From NCBI GenBank assembly GCA_965204575.1, contig OZ241993.1, positions 704,001 to 768,000 on the forward strand: a DNA stretch of 64,000 bases. Reading direction: 5' to 3'. The stretch is from an uncultured candidatus Porisulfidus sp. GTDB taxonomy: Bacteria; Pseudomonadota; Gammaproteobacteria; Poriferisulfidales; Poriferisulfidaceae. The notes beneath the pieces are model-generated. The model saw only the letters and a program-made list of their open reading frames with translations. It had not been told where the DNA came from and did no database searches. Position numbers and translations under genes: made by a program. Of this stretch, positions 60,818 to 64,000 are shown in pieces; the first letter of the stretch is position 1, and every line of letters begins with the position of its first letter.

Positions 60818-61048
60818 CCACATGCAGTCAAAACGCTTGCTCATTTAAATTCGGAGATACGTCACGATGTGTCTAAAAATTCTACAATTGCCAACATACA
60901 CATATGAAAAAAGTGTGTCTGCCCGTATATTTCTACCAGGGCAAGAGAGTTCTACCATAGAAATCCCATAAGTATATGAAAAATCTAAATATTACTGAAT
61001 TCTTGCATAGGGAGAGGCCAATTCCAGAAAATTCCTTTAGTTACAGGC

Positions 61049-61091
61049 TTATCCCGTTTTCTACCCCCCGTTATCCCCAAAGTTATCCACA
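61049..61091 (+). promoter_or_regulatory. DnaA-box array upstream of priA
   Basis: Perfect TTATCCACA at 61083-61091, TTATCCCCA at 61071-61079 and degenerate TTATCCCGT at 61049-61057, next to an AT-rich tract. Confidence 0.7.
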
Positions 61092-61115
61092 ATCAAAATC
61101 CCCTTGGAAAACCCC

Positions 61116-63281
61116 GTGACTGAGCTCTGCCTGCATGTGGCCGTGAACGCGCCGATACGACACGGATACGACTATCTGCCACCGGCGCGGGGGGCCCTGC
61201 CGCCGCCGGGAGTCCGGGTTCGGGTGCCGTTCGGCGCCCGCAAACAAGTGGGTGTGGTACTGGAGGCTCGACCGCGGCCTGCCGGGGGTCCGGAACTCAA
61301 GCGGGTCGGGACCGTGCTGGACGAGGCTCCGATAATCGAGCCTGGTGTTCTGGAGTTGATGACTTGGGTGGCCCGATACTACCAGCACCCGATCGGACAG
61401 GTGATCAATGCGGCATTGCCGGTCCGCCTGCGTCGGGGAGAGTCGGCGGAACTCTCGGGAACAACCGTGTGGCGGATGACGGCAGATGGACAAGAGGCCG
61501 ACCTTGAGGCACATCGTCGCGCTCCGGTCCGGCAGGCACTGCTGCGTGCTTTCCAGAGCCATGGGGAAGGCCTGTCCGCGGAGCAGCTGCGCGAGTTGTG
61601 CCGCAATCCCTCAGCTCCGCTCAAGGCACTGATCGAGCAGGGGCTGGTGGAGGCCGAATTCAGGTTGCCGATTCCTCCCGCTCCCGTCGTTCCGAGGGAA
61701 GTGTCACACAATCCGCACCAACGCGAGGCCGTGGACGTGTTGCAGGGGCATTCGGGCTCATACAGTTGCACTTTGCTGCACGGCGTGACCGGAAGCGGGA
61801 AGACCGAGGTCTACCGTGCCGTAATCCGTTCGGTGCTGGAACGGGGCGGGCAGGTCCTGGTGATCGTGCCGGAAATCGGTCTTGCGCCCCAGTTGCGCGA
61901 CAGGCTCGCACGTGACGCCCGAACCCGCATCGCGGTCTACCATTCCGAGTGCACGGCACGCGAGCAGTACCTGGCTTGGCTTCTGGCGCAGAGCGGACAG
62001 GCGGACATCGTGGTGGGCACCCGCTCGGCGGTCTTTCTGCCGTTCCGGGACTTGCAGTTGATCGTGGTCGATGAGGAACACGACCCTTCGCTCAAGCAGC
62101 AGGAAGGATTCCGCTATCACGCCCGCGATGTCGCGATCTACCGGGCGCACCGGGCCGGAATTCCGGTCATCCTGGGCACGGCCACGCCGTCGATCGAGAC
62201 CTGGCGCAACGTGCAGACGGGGAAATATCAGCACCTGCGCCTGCCAACGCGTGCCGGCCCAGCGGTCTTGCCGAACACGGAACTGATCGACCTCAACCAG
62301 TACCCGGTGACGGACGGCCTGTCGGAACCGCTTCTGGAGGCCTTGCGCGAGACGCTGGACCACGGGGATCAGGCCTTGCTGTTCCTGAACCGGCGGGGCT
62401 TCGCTCCGATTCTGTATTCGCCCCAAACCGGCGAGCCGGTGGTTTGCCCGGATTGCCAGGTCTGTTTGACGTATCACCAGCCGCGCCGACAGTTGCTTTG
62501 CCATCACTGCGGATTCCGCCAGTCCGCCGAAGAAGAAGTCGAGAAAGGCGCGATCCTGCTGGGAGAGGGGACGCAACGCGTCGAAGACCGGCTGCATACG
62601 GAATTCCCGGACTGTCCGATTCTGCGCTTGGACCGGGATCAGATCCGTGGGCGCGGGGAACTGGAGCGCCGTCTCGAACAGACCCGCCGCGGCGACTATC
62701 GAATCGTGATCGGCACGCAGATGCTGTGCAAGGGGCACGACTTTCCCGAGGTCACGCTGGTCGGAGTCATCAACATCGATTCCCAGTTGTTCAGTCCTCG
62801 CCTGCGGGCACCGGAGCGAATGGCACAGATGCTGGTGCAGGTCTCAGGTCGGGCGGGTCGCCGGAGCAAGCCCGGCAAGGTCCTGCTTCAGACCTGCCTG
62901 CCGCGGCATCCGATACTGGGCCAGTTGCTGAACGAAAGTTACGAAAGCTGGCTGGAGCGTTTATCGGCCAGACGGCACGAACTGGGCCTGCCGCCATACA
63001 GCCATTGGGCGGTCCTGCGGGCACAGCACAAGGACTACCAGAAAGCGGAAGCATTCCTGCTGGATGTCCGTCGCCGGATGGAAGGGGCGGCGGGCGTGAG
63101 AGTGCGGGGCCCGGCTCCGGCGATGATGCCGAAGCGTGCGGGGCTCTGGCGCACCCAGTTGCTGCTGCAGGCAGATTCCCGCAAGGCGCTGGAGCATTGC
63201 CTGGAAGGCTGGCTCCAGGATCCGGGCAGAAAGGGCCGGGTGAACTGGACGCTGGACGTGGACCCGCTGGATATCGCCTGA
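61116..63281 (+). CDS. priA: Primosomal protein N' (replication restart helicase)
   Basis: RVRVPFG, GVTGSGKTEVY, VPEIGL, DEEHD, TATPS, LNRRG, CPDC/CHHC, KGHDFP and QVSGRAGR. GTG 61116 or TTG 61104 as start. Confidence 0.97.
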   Translation: MTELCLHVAVNAPIRHGYDYLPPARGALPPPGVRVRVPFGARKQVGVVLEARPRPAGGPELKRVGTVLDEAPIIEPGVLELMTWVARYYQHPIGQVINAALPVRLRRGESAELSGTTVWRMTADGQEADLEAHRRAPVRQALLRAFQSHGEGLSAEQLRELCRNPSAPLKALIEQGLVEAEFRLPIPPAPVVPREVSHNPHQREAVDVLQGHSGSYSCTLLHGVTGSGKTEVYRAVIRSVLERGGQVLVIVPEIGLAPQLRDRLARDARTRIAVYHSECTAREQYLAWLLAQSGQADIVVGTRSAVFLPFRDLQLIVVDEEHDPSLKQQEGFRYHARDVAIYRAHRAGIPVILGTATPSIETWRNVQTGKYQHLRLPTRAGPAVLPNTELIDLNQYPVTDGLSEPLLEALRETLDHGDQALLFLNRRGFAPILYSPQTGEPVVCPDCQVCLTYHQPRRQLLCHHCGFRQSAEEEVEKGAILLGEGTQRVEDRLHTEFPDCPILRLDRDQIRGRGELERRLEQTRRGDYRIVIGTQMLCKGHDFPEVTLVGVINIDSQLFSPRLRAPERMAQMLVQVSGRAGRRSKPGKVLLQTCLPRHPILGQLLNESYESWLERLSARRHELGLPPYSHWAVLRAQHKDYQKAEAFLLDVRRRMEGAAGVRVRGPAPAMMPKRAGLWRTQLLLQADSRKALEHCLEGWLQDPGRKGRVNWTLDVDPLDIA

Positions 63282-64000
63282 TCAGTGCGCGGTGAATTCG
63301 ACCATCCGCCGGGTCGAACGCAGGGCACGGCGGCGGATATCCTCTTCGACATGAATCTCGTTGCTTCCGGTCTCCAGGGTCTCGATGAGCCGGCTGAGGT
63401 CGTTCATGGCCATCCAGGGACAATGCGCGCAACTCTTGCAGGTGGCCCCCTCGCCGCCGGTCGGCGCCTCGATAAAGTTCCGGCCCGGTGCAGCCTGCTG
63501 CATCTTGTGGAAGATCTGCCGGTCGGTGGCGACGATGAAGGTCGGGTGGGGCAGTTCCTGGCAGGCCTGGATCAGGGCCGTCGTGGAACCGACCACGTCG
63601 GCCATGTCGATGACGTCCTCGGGGGATTCCGGGTGAACCAATACGGCGGCTTCCGGGTGTTCCGAAATCAGTTCGCCAAGTTTTCGCGACTTGAATTCGT
63701 CATGCACCACGCAGTGGCCCTGCCACAGCGCCATGTCGGCGCCGGTGACGCGCTGCAGGTAGTGACCGAGGTGGCGGTCGGGCGCCCACAGGATCTTTTC
63801 TCCCTGATCCATCAGGTGCGAGATGATCCGTACCGCGCAGCTTGAGGTGACCACCCAGTCGGCGCGTGCCTTGACGGCTGCGGAGGTGTTGGCGTAGACC
63901 ACGACGGTCCGGTCCGCGTGTTCGTCGCAGAATGCGGAGAACGGCTCGATCGGGCAGCCGAGATCCAGCGAGCATTCGGCCTCCAGCGAAGGCATCAAGA
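63282..64000 (-). CDS. nadA: Quinolinate synthase (5' end outside window)
   Basis: [44 protein letters not shown] and [10 protein letters not shown]. Confidence 0.95.
   Translation of the reverse strand, partial: LMPSLEAECSLDLGCPIEPFSAFCDEHADRTVVVYANTSAAVKARADWVVTSSCAVRIISHLMDQGEKILWAPDRHLGHYLQRVTGADMALWQGHCVVHDEFKSRKLGELISEHPEAAVLVHPESPEDVIDMADVVGSTTALIQACQELPHPTFIVATDRQIFHKMQQAAPGRNFIEAPTGGEGATCKSCAHCPWMAMNDLSRLIETLETGSNEIHVEEDIRRRALRSTRRMVEFTAH

Noticed and set aside
60535-60876. ORF-track calls 60535-60831 (-) and 60649-60876 (+)
   Set aside because: Better explained as alternative frames over the deleted Fic remnant.

Overview
This is a GC-rich chromosomal segment, most likely from a gammaproteobacterium (inferred from gene content and order). 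The backbone is housekeeping genes: queG, fur, argS, topA-tsaC-hemF, dsbB, hemB-aroE, pyrE, xth, ampG, phoU, argD-argF, nnr-tsaE-amidase, argA, hemH, priA and a partial nadA. It also carries four TonB-dependent receptor genes, one split by a single-base frameshift. Small, mostly AT-rich accessory islets are scattered between these genes: a SAM-methyltransferase-HNH fusion; a tightly coupled three-gene operon (DNA amino-methyltransferase, protein kinase fused to a P-loop ATPase, and a tandem CARF-like Rossmann protein); an IS1111-type IS110 element; hicAB; an EcoRV-like restriction-modification pair; hipBA; and a decaying Fic/HNH cluster. The three-gene operon at 2327-6996 is the best candidate for an undescribed defence or signalling system. 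The IS110 non-coding end contains segments that match its own insertion junctions, as expected for bridge/seek RNA guides. A phased DnaA-box array lies upstream of priA. No rRNA, tRNA or CRISPR array was seen. All calls come from reading motifs by eye; no searches were run and GC contrasts are visual estimates.
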